Assembly (NCBI GenBank): GCA_051294375.1
Contig: CM119266.1
Location: forward strand, 14,612,755 to 14,676,754
Direction: 5' to 3'
Length of the DNA stretch: 64,000 nt
Source: Paraspadella gotoi
Taxonomy: Eukaryota > Animalia > Chaetognatha
Numbering within the stretch: position 1 is the stretch's first letter; each line of letters opens with the position of its first letter. The position numbers and the translations under genes were made by a program. Of the stretch, positions 22,283 through 37,691 are shown in pieces. Below the pieces are notes generated by a model. The model made no database searches and was not told the origin of the DNA. It saw only the letters and a program-made list of their open reading frames with translations.

Positions 22283-25200
22283 TCATTGGGCGTCCCCCCG
22301 GGGGTTGGATGAGCCAGCCCCCGGGGTGACCCACGAAAGTCCGCCCGGCGCCCCCCCAGGGGTTATAAACTCCGTGTGCGGCGCGGAGCGTGCATCGAGG
22401 GCGCGTTAGGGAGAGGAAATGGGTGCTGCAGCCCCGGTGAAGTCGCGTGGGGGTGGTGGTGGTGCAAAGTAGGATTGCGGCGGCGGCGGAAGTCCGCCGA
22501 GGTTCCAAGCATGTAGGAGGGTTCGAAGAATGGGCGGCGTCATTGGTCCGCCCGGGTTTTGCGGATTGATGGGATTGGTGGGGGTTGATGAGTGGTGAGG
22601 ATATTGATGGTGCTGAGCGAGAGGTTGAGACGATGGCGGTGGCGCGCCGAACATGCCGCCACCTCCGGGCGCCACCGCACCTCCCAGTACTCCGCCGGCT
22701 CCGTTGCCGGTCCACCGCCGGGCCGTGTGGCGCGGGCGTTGTCTGCGAACCCGATCGGAAAGTCCCGAGAAATTGGGCGACGCGACGACGTCGGACGAGG
22801 ACGTCGAGTGATGCTGCTGCTGATGGATTGGAGCGTCTTCTTGCTTAGACGCCCCCGGCGTCGTCTGCGTCCCCGCGGAGCGACGGCGGCGAGTGGCGCC
22901 GCCGGCCTAGCGAGGACGAGGACAGCGCGGCTGCAGGAGCCAGGTAGTTGGATCACGCCCAGGTTCTTCAAGCTGACGTCTGGCCGTGTCGTACCAACCC
23001 TGGGAGAAGGGAGAGAGATTTGGTTGAGGGGAAGATTGGAAATACTTCATAAAATTAATAAATTTCGTGATATTTTCATCATAATAGTACTTATAAAATT
23101 ATTAAACCAGTGGCTGCGCCAATACATTGCAAATCGCTGTATGGGGGTTAATTGTGACCGGCTTCTGCAGCATAAATAATATTTTTATAATTTAAAATAA
23201 AATTTTATAAATTTGGTTTTGCTTGAACTATTTTTAACTTTTCATTATTTTTTCAACTTGAAACCATTTTTTACAGTCCTTTTACATCACTCTAAAACTG
23301 TTTTTTTCAATAATTCTTTCCCCACACCCTCTTCCAGTCTTTTATTTTCACGCCCACATTCTTGATATTACTCTCTTCCATCCTATTGCCACTTCCCTTT
23401 CCCCCAACCCCTTCCCAAACCCCTTCCCATTACCTTGTAAGCCACGGGGTTAATGGGGCGACGGAATGCATGATCATCTCCACCCGGATCTTGCCTTCCA
23501 TTCCTGAGCGCGGCTGCGCCCGGGCTGTGTGTACTGCCACGCAAATGAGGACCTGACCTCCAAGAGTTTGACGCTTGCGGACCAGGCCTGGTCGCAGAGC
23601 TCGTTCAGGGGTTTCGCACGCTCACCTGGCGGAAGGTGTGGGGTTGAAGCTTGGTTTTAATAATTTTAATTAATCATCTCATTCGGATCGATAATTAAAA
23701 AAAAAATAAATAAATAAAATAAATTAATCACCAATTCAATCGTAAATCCAACACAATTAAATCACTAATGAACCAATACATCAATTAATAAATAAATAAA
23801 TAAAAAAATATTTTAACAATAAATTAATTCAATCAATCCACCTTCAAATTCTGGAGAGTGATATTCTTTCCCGTCTTCGTCTATGAACGAGGGACCATTA
23901 GTGTCCTAGACGCGCGAACGCGGGCCCCCCCCCCACGTATCATCATTTCTTTGCGGTAAAGAGAAAACCGCCACCGCCGTCCGAGCGCTATTCTGGAGCA
24001 CGATCGGTGTTTCCTTGAAGAATCCCCAAATCGGGCCCGCCGCTTCACCTGGAACCGGAGGGGAAATTTCGGGCGGGGAGCGGAGACCCGCCTGGCTGTC
24101 CCCGTGGTCCGGTTGTTGTGACAACGATTCGCGCGTGGTGTCGGCCTTTTTTGTGGTGTTTGCGTATATGGGGAATATCGTGTATTTACCGGAGTGATGG
24201 CGAATTGTGCCCGGCGTACATTTTTTGGGTTTTGTGGGTTAGGTGTGGGAATCGGGATGAGCGCAGCGGGCGTGAACAAGAAAATTCGGGACGCTATCGG
24301 AGGAAGATGAGTGGTCGAGGGGTAAGATGCAGTTAGAGGTTTCGAAAAAGTTAGGTTAAGAGATTACAGCGCGGGAGAGGAGGGGCTTCATTCATGCAGC
24401 GAGCATCGCACCGGTCGGGTAAGGGTGAATGGGGTAAGTTCGGTGCCGCACCTCAGCACGGCGCTGTCATGAACGTGGAAGGTGTTGACATGAACTAGCT
24501 AGTGTTATTTCTTTTGTGACTTGGTTCTGCTCTAACGTCTCATGGAACGGATTCGACCGCGTGGATCGATTTGCACAGAACGTTTAATAAAAGATTAGTT
24601 TCCCTTTTCTTTAAAAAAAAAAAAAACCTTCCGAGATTTCTCCTTAAATAAAAAAATACATTAGGCATTTCGCGCCGATATGTCTCACTGAAGAGAAAAA
24701 GAAGAGAAGAAAAAAAAAAACCGCAATGAAAAAAAAATATGAATCATTCCGGTTCCATCAAAAGACATGAAGCAGAAATGAAGTCGATATAGACGACAGA
24801 CGAATGACAGACAGATGGGTTGTGAAGAGATGAATAAAAAAGATGATGGAGGAGAGAAAGAGTTTTTGGATGAGAAATAAAGAATAGTGTATATTTTTGA
24901 AAGTAAAAAAGAAGAAAAAGAGAAAAAATATTTAATGAATAATAATGAAAATTATTGCAAAAATCTGGTAGGACCGAAAAAATATTTAATATTCCGAGAA
25001 GCAAAAAAATAATTCAAATATATTAAGCCCTTCAAGGGGAACAAAGAAAATTAAGGAATAAAAAATATTAAAAGAAAAATAATTTAAACAAATTAAAGAA
25101 AAATAGACCGGAAAAAGGGGGATGAAATAAAATCGAATTCGGAACGAATATACATGCGAGAAGCCGAAAGAGAGAAAATAGAAGCTAAGGGAAGTCGGGG

Positions 25201-25338
25201 GGGGCGTAGCAAGGGGGGGGTGATAAGCGCGACAGCGGCCAACTGGCGGGAAAGCGGATACGAGAGAACGAAAGGAAAGACTTAATCTGATTGTCGCTTT
25301 TATTAGGAATAAGATTAATGTTAATATATTTCCTCTCA

Positions 25339-25396
<58 letters not shown>

Positions 25397-25736
25397 CCTC
25401 TCTCTCTTCTCTCTTCTCTATTTTCCTTCTCATCTCTCCCTTCGCATCGACATGCCATTTTTATGAGTCTAAAAGGGCGGCACGCGCCATAATCGCGCCG
25501 CTGGCCTTTACGTGCACCGAGCGCACGCGGGCGCCTCGTAACGCGTGCCGCATGCGAATGAGGCGCTTGGCCCAACCGGGGCGTCCGTTTTTAAAGAGCG
25601 GCCCAGACGAGGCCTTCGATCGAGACGGAAGATGTAGTTTTTACTCGAATCGTAAAATTCTTATCTCCGCACGTGAAAATACTTTTTTTTTACGGTTGCT
25701 TTCTTTCTCTTCCTCTCTCTCTCTGTCTCTCTCTCT

Positions 25737-25778
<42 letters not shown>

Positions 25779-28700
25779 TCTCTCTCTTACTCTCCTCTCT
25801 CTACTCTCTCTCTCTCAGTTTTTTTTAAACTAAAATCTATGATAGATAGATCTTTAGCAGAGTTTCGTTCGAGAGGCTGACATTCATTCTTTAGCGTTCC
25901 TGTCGCTCGTGTTTTCTTTTTCCTCGTTTCCTTTTTGTTTCTTTTTCTTTTCTGTTCTTTGTTGTTTAGTTCCTTTATTTCTTTTCTTTCTTTATTTCGT
26001 TCTTGTTTCTATGTTCCTCTTTCCTTCTACTCTCTTTGGTTATAAGCCCATTAATGCGTAAATTCAATGATAAGAATGTCCAATAGCGTAATGGATCTGC
26101 AGGAATATCTCTCTGCTCTTCTCGCTCTCTCTCCTCCGCGCCTCACTTCTTCGCCTTTTTTTTTATTGAAGGGTACGTTTTGCAACGATTCGAGTTCGCC
26201 CCAAGGAGGGCGTTTCTACGCGCAACTTCCCTTGGACGCCCGCCGTTTATATTTATAACGAGAAGATGTCGATGCTTTCTTACAAGCGATTCACAACATC
26301 CTTGCTAGATGCGAAAACTGCACCGTGGTCTTTGTTGCGTAATGGCCGCCCAAGCTTCAGAGCTGATTTCGTGAAAAGCGAGCAATGCGGAGAAATAATG
26401 GGAGGGACTACAGTCCGGGTTTAAAAAGTTTAGAACAAAGCTTTTTGTAAGGGACGATGAAAGCTTCGCCCAGCTATAAGACGAAAAGACACAAATGTCA
26501 ATAACAAAAGACTGACATTAACGATTTAAACATATCATCAGCTTTTCCCTCTCTAGCCGCCGCCAGCGATCGAGGCCAAGTCTCCGCCCAAGAGGTTTTT
26601 TAAAAAACTTCACGCGCGCCGTGGTCACGTGATTCGAGATATAAATTTAAAGGCGGTCATTTCGTTTTTATACTTGGCGCGACTCGTGGAGATTGGAAAC
26701 GGGAGCGAGAGGAAATTAAACTTAAATGTTCAAGCGAACGCGGATGATTTGAGGGAAGATATTCTCTCTCATCTCTCCTCTTCTTCTCTCGTCTCTTCTC
26801 TCTCTCTTCTCTCTCTCTTCTCTCTCCTCTCTCTCTTCTCTCTCTCTCTTCTCTCTCTCTCTCTCTCATTCCTATTTTCCCTCTCGACGACCAGGTCATT
26901 CAATCCCCGCCATACAAACCAGACAGGTAATAAGAAGACCACTTTCACGCAGACTCAGACTCAGAATTGAATAAATATGAAAAACACTTTTTCCTCTCCA
27001 ATTTATTTCATAGACCTTCGGTTGACATTTGGGAAGGCGGTGGCAATTAAGAGAAACCGCACGAAATTATTTCAAGCCGATCGGGAAAAACGACGCGGCG
27101 GCATTGTTTGCGGCATTTGTCGACGCGGTTTGCGGCATTTTGTCGGCGGGATTTTACGGCATTTTATCGGCGGTATTTCTAGGGGGGGCCCCCGGGCGCC
27201 CCCATTTTTTTTCTTACTTTTTTTTCTTTACCTAGGAAATAACGTGGAATCAAATTGAATTCGTGATTTTTTAAATTCTAAAGATTAGCGAATATCTCTG
27301 AATCCGTCGTAGTTGTTTATGTTTTTCCTTGTGGTTCTGTTTTAGGTTTCATCCTTCTCCTCATTGGTTTTGATTTTTAATTACTGTCCCAGTTTTCAGT
27401 ATTTACAGGGTCCACTTCACCAGACGCCGCCTCCTTAACCCTCCTATTTTACAATTCTATTTTTATTTTAACAAAAATTAAAACGCGCAAACTTTTCTCA
27501 GGGACTCCTGAACTACTCTTCCGTCAAATAGTAGTATAGTATTCACTCTCTTCCCGCCGTTTTTAAAATCCTTTGCGCCATCCCAATCCAGTATCACGAC
27601 TCAAGTCGCCGATCGACTTGGCGCTCATTCCCCCCCCTTCTTTCTTATTGCGTCGTTCGCGGCGCCTTTTTTCTTGCGTCGTTTCCCCGTCACGGGCGTC
27701 GCCTTTCTCGGGCGCGCGCGATTCGCGACGATTAAAAATGGAAAACGGCGCCAAAAGTTTTATTGTTTGAGTGTAAGGCATTGTGTCATAAATTATCGCC
27801 GTTCGCTGGCAAATTGGGAATTTCGATGAGATGACGACGAGGGTCCGGCTGTGGGGGGGGGGCGGGTGAGGGGAATTGTATCGGAGTGCGCGGGAAAGAC
27901 TGGAGGGGAGGGAATCTGTCGTGCGGCCCGGAGGTTACGGGTAGAAAAACGCAGAGCGGGATTGATTAGAAGAATTTCCTCCAATCATCTGTAACGCTTG
28001 ATACAGATTCGCGAAATCGTCGGGAAATTGTGTCCGTTTCGATCATGTCCCTGGCTTTTTGTAACAATGACCAAGACATAACGATGACAATTAACAATGA
28101 CACAGTGACAATGTGCGTTGGAGTTTCTTGAGCGGGACCTTCTCGTGGGCGCTAGTTATTTTTTTTTTTTCTATTCTCTCTTTTCAATCGTAACCAGGAT
28201 TCGAGGGAGAACGTAAACAGGGAAACACGGTTCACGGTTTCGTCTTTTATGTTACTCCATCGTTTTGGTTCATCTTTCCGTCGCGCCTTTTGTTTTTATG
28301 TCGTCGTGTTCGTCGTTCAACCTCGTCTCAGTTTCACCGTAAATATAGATGACGTCATCCGCTTATCGCGAAAGATTAAACCGCTTCGCTGATTCGGGAA
28401 AAGCCGAAAGCGGGAACGGACATTCGGGCTCAGGACTTAATTTATCGTACGAAAGAAAAAAAACTATATTTGCCGTTGAACGTTGTGCAATTTTATTTTT
28501 CTTTTTCTTAAATGTTGTACATATTATAAATAATATTGTAGAAAAGTATAAAAAAGCCAAAGAGGAAAGATGAGGAAAAAAAACCTTTTATGCAAGATGA
28601 TCTGACAGGGTTCTGCTTAAGATAGATTGGTAATAATGTGACGTGACAAACAGAACAAAAACAGACTTGAAATACAGCACTATTTGCAACGACATATATG

Positions 28701-31700
28701 TAATACCGGCACAAAAGGCATGATTGGGTGAAAGCGTGGGTTCCGGTTGATACGATCTCTTCGATGTCGGGTGTGAAGTTGCGAAGAATAAATATAACTA
28801 ATGATACGTTTCATTTACAATTTATCAACATATGTCAAACTTCTTGTCTCCGCGACATTGAATGTTCGTTTGTTTTTTTTTTTTACTACCACTACGAAGG
28901 GTGGCGCGTTTTTATCGTTTCTTCGTCTTTTGTTTCGTGCGACAAAAAAACAATTTACATTTATTTTTTTTTTTAAATTTGAAACAAAATTTTGGCACAC
29001 GTAAATAAAAAGACACCACGAAAAGAAGCTTGATAGAAGTATTTGGTAAAACTTGATTTAACGATAGCACTTCCTTCGAAGATGTCCGGCACGTAACCTC
29101 AGAACTGTGGACTCTTAACCCCAGGACGGGCCGTTGGGGAGTGCTCGACCAGGGGGTTTACCCACGAGCCCGAAACCCCCAGCCAGTCCTTCACCATGGA
29201 CACCTCACCGAAAGGGCACCTGGGAATTTGTAGGCGGGAGAAATAGGGAGGGGAGGTGAGGTTCGGGGTGGTGAGTGAGGGGATAGCGGAGGAGGATTGG
29301 AGGTGAGGGAGGGAAAGATGGAAAATTGAGGAGGGAGAGAGTGTGATTCAGAGATGCATCGCCGATGGGATAGAAATGCATACGATGAGAATCGATTTAT
29401 AGTAGAAGATTCATACAACCGGTTTAAGTTACTAAGTAAACCACCTTATAAAAAAAAACTAACCCAAATATTTCATTTTAACTTTTTTCGAAAATAAATA
29501 TAAATTATAATAATATAATTCTTATCTCTCGCTAATTTAATTGAATAGTATTTTATGGAAAAAAAACTATTTGCGTAATTAAATTTAGTTATCCATGGCA
29601 TCAATATGAAGCAGTAATTTTTTCAAAAGTAATTACTCAGTTAAACTATTAATACTCAAACAGAATGTCCTAGAGGAAAAAAATTTTCAAGTATTTTTTA
29701 ACCTCTTGTATTATAAGGTCCTGGAGTTGACTGGACCAATTTTTTTTAAAATTATACAATAATGATTCCTTTTTTCAAAAGTCCTTATCCCATTCTGAAT
29801 TTAAAAAAAAAAAACATAAATACTATGCCTATGAATTAAGCGACTAAAAAGTATCTCGCGTTTTTGGTAATTAGATCTTTAAAATGGTTTTTTGAAGCGA
29901 CTCAACATAAAGCTCATTGAATGGCTTGGACCAATTTTCTTTTAACTTATACATTATATTTTTTATTTCAAAATCTAAATTTTATCAGTCATAATTTTTA
30001 TAATATGTGCCGAAAATGCAGCGTTACTTAATGTTTGAGAGTGTCCTATTTTTTGCACCAGAACTTACAATTTTGATCGCAAACGTTACTTGTCTTGCGT
30101 TTTTAATTAGTCATCGGAAAATTCATTTGCAAAATGTGAAACGAAAGAAGCCAGCAATTGTTGTTCCCCGATGGATTCAATTTGTTACTTAACGACATCT
30201 TCGGCTTTTATAGTTTAATAAGTTTAAAACCAATTTGTTTTTGATCGCTTCGACTACAAATTAAAATTAATACTCTAATTAACCATTATAAGCATCTTCC
30301 ACTGTTTGCTATTCTCAATGTCAGAAATTATTGAAAAAGTAACCCTGTGCTCAAATCAAGCATAAATTCATTAAATCATATAATTAAATTTTGAAGGGCC
30401 ATTTCTCTTGGCCTTATAACATTCCTTACTTGTTCACAGTTGTGGTTGTTGGCCAAAACCCTCTTACTAAGAGTCTTAGCTTCATACTTACTTGTGCCAG
30501 TATTGTGTATTGAATTCCGCTTTACTCCTTGTTCTCACTAATTATATCAGTTTGTTATAATTCTTTTGATACATTTAATTTTTTATATTAATTTTCAATT
30601 TTACAATTACATCTTGCTCTTCTAACTCTTCAATTAAAATTACAATTACATTTTTGGTTCTTAACCCTAGAAACATTTCAATAAATCTTCAACAATATTT
30701 CCCATTGAATTCCTGACAATCTCAACCCAAAAACTCACCCCGGTTTGCCGCCATTCCATAAGTCCCGGGTTCATTGCCCATAAACATGATGTGCTTGGGC
30801 GTGCTGCAGAACTTCTTGAACGAAGCAGGAGTGGGGTTCGAACGCGTAGTCGACGGGGTTGTAGATGTGCGTGACGGTTGCGGCTGTATTTCCAAGTTTG
30901 CTTGGAGAATTGCAGAGACGCAGTTCCGTCTCCAGGAACTTGACGGTACGATTCGGAGGAGATGTCGACGTTGTCCAGCTTCCCGAGGTCCACGGTTTGA
31001 GGATGGCCGGTGCTTCCGCCGTCGACGCCGGATTCCCGCCGCTCGGCGTTCCTCCCGGAGTCGTCGTCGGCTTCTGACCCGTAGCGGCGCCCATGACGCC
31101 CGCGGCGCCCCCGTACCGGCGCCCCCCGAGCCCCGCTCGGCGAGACTTCGGTCAAGCGCGGCGAGGAGGACGACCCGAAGCCGCCGATGGCTGCCCGCCG
31201 CCGCCGCCGCTGGCGAAGGCTTCACCGCCGACGTTGCCCGACTTGGGGTGGTCGATGGCGGACGCGTTAGGACGCCAACGACGACAGCCGTGCGGTGCCG
31301 CCGCTGCCCACCGCGTTCATGTGATGCGGGGCGGCGGGCCAGCTCTAGGTGAAAACCGGCTTGCGGCGCGCGGCTGCAGGCGGCTAGGGCTGGCGGCGGC
31401 GGCGACCCGAAGGAACGAAGTTGTCCTGAGGCGGCATGAAGGCCTGCGGCGGCTGCAGGGCCCGAGAGGCGCGAGGGTAGGTGCCGAGGGCGCGGCGGAG
31501 GCCCGACCCTTGGGGTGGTGGTTGATTGGGGGCGTGGTGATGACTAGCGCGGAGTGTTAGAATGGGTTAGACGAGATCGTAGTAGGTTGCGCCCGCTGCG
31601 CGACGTCAACGTAAGTAAAGGATTCCGCCGCGGCCGCGCTTGCTTCAGAGGCGTAGCCCGGGTGTTCGCGGCGGCGGCGGCTGCGCGTGCGAAAAAAGTT

Positions 31701-32690
31701 CTCGCGGCGCGGCCGCGGAGCTCTGGTTTGCAAGCGGGCGGCGTACATGACGCCTCGACGAAGAACGGCGGTAAAAGAGTTGAAGGGATTTCTGCGGCGA
31801 CGGGGAGATGGAGATCCGGCGAAGTTGGCCGTGTGCGGCCGGAGGCGGCGGCGGCGGCCAAGGCGTTGTTACACGTTGTTCTTGAGGCCTGAGAGGTGAG
31901 GAGGAAAGGAGGCGGCGAAGGGAAGAGGAAGAGGGGGCAACAGAGTTGAGGCTTTGGAGAGAGGACGTCAACGACGGACGAAGACGACGTCGTTTTCGCT
32001 GACGAGAATCGTCTCGTCGGCGGGCGTCGTCGTTTTTGGAGACGTCGGAGGCGGCTTGGGTTGGAGTCAGGAGGGGTGTGGGGGTTGGTGGAAGAATTAA
32101 GGTGGAAGAGATATGGAGAGAAAAAAGGGACACGTTTGGGTTGTGTTACGAAATGTTATTAATAAAATTTAAAAAGTACGGCTGAGGAAGAGTGAGAAAA
32201 CGGAAAGCATTAATGATCCACTAGAATTGTGTGTGAAAAAAAAAATCCTTTTCAATTACTCTCTTGATTTACAGTAGCTCAAATGCTTCTACTACAATGC
32301 TACTACAGTTTTCCTATCAACGCTTTTTTCTACACTCTCATCACATTCCTCGAAAAACTCACCGCTGATGCTGAACGGCGACTGATTCCTCCGGTCGACG
32401 AGGAATGACCCGGACTAGAAATCCTAGCGCTGCCGCCGCCGGGTGCTGCCGCCGCCCGCGCGATCGCAGCGGATCCGCAGGGTGTGGGCGTGACGCCGCC
32501 TCCGGAAGTGACGACGGCTTGACCGAGGAACGAGGCGGCGAAGCCGAGCCATTCTCCGTGCCAGAGTCGCTTGGCGAGGGATTGGTAGTCTCGCAGCGGT
32601 GCGCGTTCGCCGACACCGTCGCGCACGAANNNNNNNNNNNNNNNNNNNNNNNNNCGCCGAGACCCGAGGCGGCGGACGTCGTGTCGGATC
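22283..32690 (-). pseudogene. SMUG1: Frameshifted second copy of SMUG1 (probable unpolished-read assembly artefact rather than a real pseudogene)
   Basis: Same exon order as copy 1 but with many 1-bp indels, e.g. [36 protein letters not shown]. It preserves the upstream exon, with an acceptor at 32690, that is cut in copy 1. Confidence 0.75.
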
Positions 32691-34577
32691 CTGAGTGGAG
32701 GGTGAGGGGGAAAGGGTAAGGTAATGGTAAGGTACTTTAACATTGAACTAGAATGATAGTTCCTTTACACGACGCTTCTTTTAATTTAAAATTTTATAAA
32801 CATTACAACAATCAGATTCGCCATCTCTCAGAAATTCAAAAAATTTCGACACTTGAAAGAATTTCGTTGAAAGAAAAATGAACCCAACCGAACCGTAAGA
32901 AAACTGGGCTCAATATTCTACTATTAATAAATTTTAAGTCTCTTCACTCACTCGTGAAAAATATTAAAAAGAAAACTTGTCATTAATGCTAAGCAATAAG
33001 TTTCGACGGGGAGATATTTTATGACCCGTACTAAAAAAAAATTAAAAAGGAAATAAAATGAAAATGTTGAGAGAGTAAATCGTTGTTGTTTATACAGCAT
33101 AAAAAAAAAAAAACAATTTAGAAGAAAGTTGGGAAAATGGGGCAAAGAGTTTATTAAAGGTGATTTTTTTTTAGAGGCAAGGAGTTAAGAAGAGCGGCTA
33201 TGAATAAGTATTTTAATTAATAAAATAATTGAGCAACAAAAGAAAAAAAATTTGCACCATGACTATTTTTGTTTTAAAAAAGTGTTTCTCTCTCTTTTGA
33301 ACAATCTCAATGTATATCCAGCTTTGAAAATTCAAAAGTGGAAAAATATCAAAAAGAATTTCTTTTAAAAAGAGGCGTTGAACGATGTTAAATCTTTCGG
33401 TGACCGTAATTAGAAAACAATTTTGCGGTTGATTTTTGTTTTTTTTTTTTGCGAAAAGATTATCATGCTTGTGTTAGTGATTCGATTGCTATTGAGGTGT
33501 CATGTTGATATCTAGTGAAAAGGCTTTATTTTTTCTTCGCCACAAATTTTATGCATAGTTTTCTGTAGTGTGCTTTGTTCGAAATACAAATCAAATCCAC
33601 GTAAACAAATCGAAAAAACCTTTTTTCGTTTTTTCATAAATAAACCCCATTTTGCGGGTTTTTTTTTTTTTTTTTTTTTTCCAAATCATCTGTAAAAACA
33701 GAATTAATAAAATTTTGATTAACATAAAAAAAACTTAGATGTAATGTAATTAAACAAGAAAAAAATTAAAAGGAAATGAACAGTGTAAAAGGAAAAACTG
33801 ACAAAGTTCTAAAACTAAAACAATTGCTTTTAGAGTAAAAAAATATTAAAGAAGAAAGATTATTTGTTCAGGATTTTTTGCAGTGTTTATCTAGCGTCAA
33901 CTTTTGTATATAAAATGTAACAAGCTCTTAAAACGATTTAAAAGAAAACACGTCACAGAAGAACAACTAATTGGAAGCGTGCGGATCGCATATAAATTTC
34001 TCGGTCTATTCAATTCAATGAGGCGCTATAGTAATAAATATTAATAATAGAAATCTTTTTTACATTCAAAAACGCCGAGTTAGTTAGATCGCGGTTGTTT
34101 GTCGCAAATGTACAATTGTTTCTCAAGAAATAAGTATAATTTTTTTTTTTTGCAATCGCGGCGCAACCCGTTGCAGAAATGGGATGGCATAATTTCCCGC
34201 TAAATTTATCAATACATTGATACAATTCGCCAAAAGGACTCGGGATTGAGGGTTCACGAACTTAAGTATTCTTCACACAATTTTTTCCCTTCCAAACTTG
34301 GGCTTTTTTTTCTTACGACGTAAAAAGTGATTTTGCTTTACATATTTTCAATGAGAACGTTAAAATTCAAATTTTAAACAGTATTTTGCGGTCGATATTG
34401 AGCGGGGTCCGTGTCCGGACTAGGGAAAGGGGACGTTGGAAAGGGTGGATTGGGGCGCCGGGATTTCGGGGCCAAAAGGCTGGTCATCCGCCGCGGACGA
34501 CTCTCGACGGTTCTGACTTTCATCGGTCCCTTCGAGGTCAGGGGTCAGGGTCCGACAAAATCCTCCTCCATCGGTCA

Positions 34578-37500
34578 TCATTGGGCGTCCCCCCGGGGGT
34601 TGGATGAGCCAGCCCCCGGGGTGACCCACGAAAGTCCGCCCGGCGCCCCCCCAGGGGTTATAAACTCCGTGTGCGGCGCGGAGCGTGCATCGAGGGCGCG
34701 TTAGGGAGAGGAAATGGGTGCTGCAGCCCCGGTGAAGTCGCGTGGGGGTGGTGGTGGTGCAAAGTAGGATTGCGGCGGCGGCGGAAGTCCGCCGAGGTTC
34801 CAAGCATGTAGGAGGGTTCGAAGAATGGGCGGCGTCATTGGTCCGCCCGGGTTTTGCGGATTGATGGGATTGGTGGGGGTTGATGAGTGGTGAGGATATT
34901 GATGGTGCTGAGCGAGAGGTTGAGACGATGGCGGTGGCGCGCCGAACATGCCGCCACCTCCGGGCGCCACCGCACCTCCCAGTACTCCGCCGGCTCCGTT
35001 GCCGGTCCACCGCCGGGCCGTGTGGCGCGGGCGTTGTCTGCGAACCCGATCGGAAAGTCCCGAGAAATTGGGCGACGCGACGACGTCGGACGAGGACGTC
35101 GAGTGATGCTGCTGCTGATGGATTGGAGCGTCTTCTTGCTTAGACGCCCCCGGCGTCGTCTGCGTCCCCGCGGAGCGACGGCGGCGAGTGGCGCCGCCGG
35201 CCTAGCGAGGACGAGGACAGCGCGGCTGCAGGAGCCAGGTAGTTGGATCACGCCCAGGTTCTTCAAGCTGACGTCTGGCCGTGTCGTACCAACCCTGGGA
35301 GAAGGGAGAGAGATTTGGTTGAGGGGAAGATTGGAAATACTTCATAAAATTAATAAATTTCGTGATATTTTCATCATAATAGTACTTATAAAATTATTAA
35401 ACCAGTGGCTGCGCCAATACATTGCAAATCGCTGTATGGGGGTTAATTGTGACCGGCTTCTGCAGCATAAATAATATTTTTATAATTTAAAATAAAATTT
35501 TATAAATTTGGTTTTGCTTGAACTATTTTTAACTTTTCATTATTTTTTCAACTTGAAACCATTTTTTACAGTCCTTTTACATCACTCTAAAACTGTTTTT
35601 TTCAATAATTCTTTCCCCACACCCTCTTCCAGTCTTTTATTTTCACGCCCACATTCTTGATATTACTCTCTTCCATCCTATTGCCACTTCCCTTTCCCCC
35701 AACCCCTTCCCAAACCCCTTCCCATTACCTTGTAAGCCACGGGGTTAATGGGGCGACGGAATGCATGATCATCTCCACCCGGATCTTGCCTTCCATTCCT
35801 GAGCGCGGCTGCGCCCGGGCTGTGTGTACTGCCACGCAAATGAGGACCTGACCTCCAAGAGTTTGACGCTTGCGGACCAGGCCTGGTCGCAGAGCTCGTT
35901 CAGGGGTTTCGCACGCTCACCTGGCGGAAGGTGTGGGGTTGAAGCTTGGTTTTAATAATTTTAATTAATCATCTCATTCGGATCGATAATTAAAAAAAAA
36001 ATAAATAAATAAAATAAATTAATCACCAATTCAATCGTAAATCCAACACAATTAAATCACTAATGAACCAATACATCAATTAATAAATAAATAAATAAAA
36101 AAATATTTTAACAATAAATTAATTCAATCAATCCACCTTCAAATTCTGGAGAGTGATATTCTTTCCCGTCTTCGTCTATGAACGAGGGACCATTAGTGTC
36201 CTAGACGCGCGAACGCGGGCCCCCCCCCCACGTATCATCATTTCTTTGCGGTAAAGAGAAAACCGCCACCGCCGTCCGAGCGCTATTCTGGAGCACGATC
36301 GGTGTTTCCTTGAAGAATCCCCAAATCGGGCCCGCCGCTTCACCTGGAACCGGAGGGGAAATTTCGGGCGGGGAGCGGAGACCCGCCTGGCTGTCCCCGT
36401 GGTCCGGTTGTTGTGACAACGATTCGCGCGTGGTGTCGGCCTTTTTTGTGGTGTTTGCGTATATGGGGAATATCGTGTATTTACCGGAGTGATGGCGAAT
36501 TGTGCCCGGCGTACATTTTTTGGGTTTTGTGGGTTAGGTGTGGGAATCGGGATGAGCGCAGCGGGCGTGAACAAGAAAATTCGGGACGCTATCGGAGGAA
36601 GATGAGTGGTCGAGGGGTAAGATGCAGTTAGAGGTTTCGAAAAAGTTAGGTTAAGAGATTACAGCGCGGGAGAGGAGGGGCTTCATTCATGCAGCGAGCA
36701 TCGCACCGGTCGGGTAAGGGTGAATGGGGTAAGTTCGGTGCCGCACCTCAGCACGGCGCTGTCATGAACGTGGAAGGTGTTGACATGAACTAGCTAGTGT
36801 TATTTCTTTTGTGACTTGGTTCTGCTCTAACGTCTCATGGAACGGATTCGACCGCGTGGATCGATTTGCACAGAACGTTTAATAAAAGATTAGTTTCCCT
36901 TTTCTTTAAAAAAAAAAAAAACCTTCCGAGATTTCTCCTTAAATAAAAAAATACATTAGGCATTTCGCGCCGATATGTCTCACTGAAGAGAAAAAGAAGA
37001 GAAGAAAAAAAAAAACCGCAATGAAAAAAAAATATGAATCATTCCGGTTCCATCAAAAGACATGAAGCAGAAATGAAGTCGATATAGACGACAGACGAAT
37101 GACAGACAGATGGGTTGTGAAGAGATGAATAAAAAAGATGATGGAGGAGAGAAAGAGTTTTTGGATGAGAAATAAAGAATAGTGTATATTTTTGAAAGTA
37201 AAAAAGAAGAAAAAGAGAAAAAATATTTAATGAATAATAATGAAAATTATTGCAAAAATCTGGTAGGACCGAAAAAATATTTAATATTCCGAGAAGCAAA
37301 AAAATAATTCAAATATATTAAGCCCTTCAAGGGGAACAAAGAAAATTAAGGAATAAAAAATATTAAAAGAAAAATAATTTAAACAAATTAAAGAAAAATA
37401 GACCGGAAAAAGGGGGATGAAATAAAATCGAATTCGGAACGAATATACATGCGAGAAGCCGAAAGAGAGAAAATAGAAGCTAAGGGAAGTCGGGGGGGGC

Positions 37501-37633
37501 GTAGCAAGGGGGGGGTGATAAGCGCGACAGCGGCCAACTGGCGGGAAAGCGGATACGAGAGAACGAAAGGAAAGACTTAATCTGATTGTCGCTTTTATTA
37601 GGAATAAGATTAATGTTAATATATTTCCTCTCA

Positions 37634-37691
<58 letters not shown>

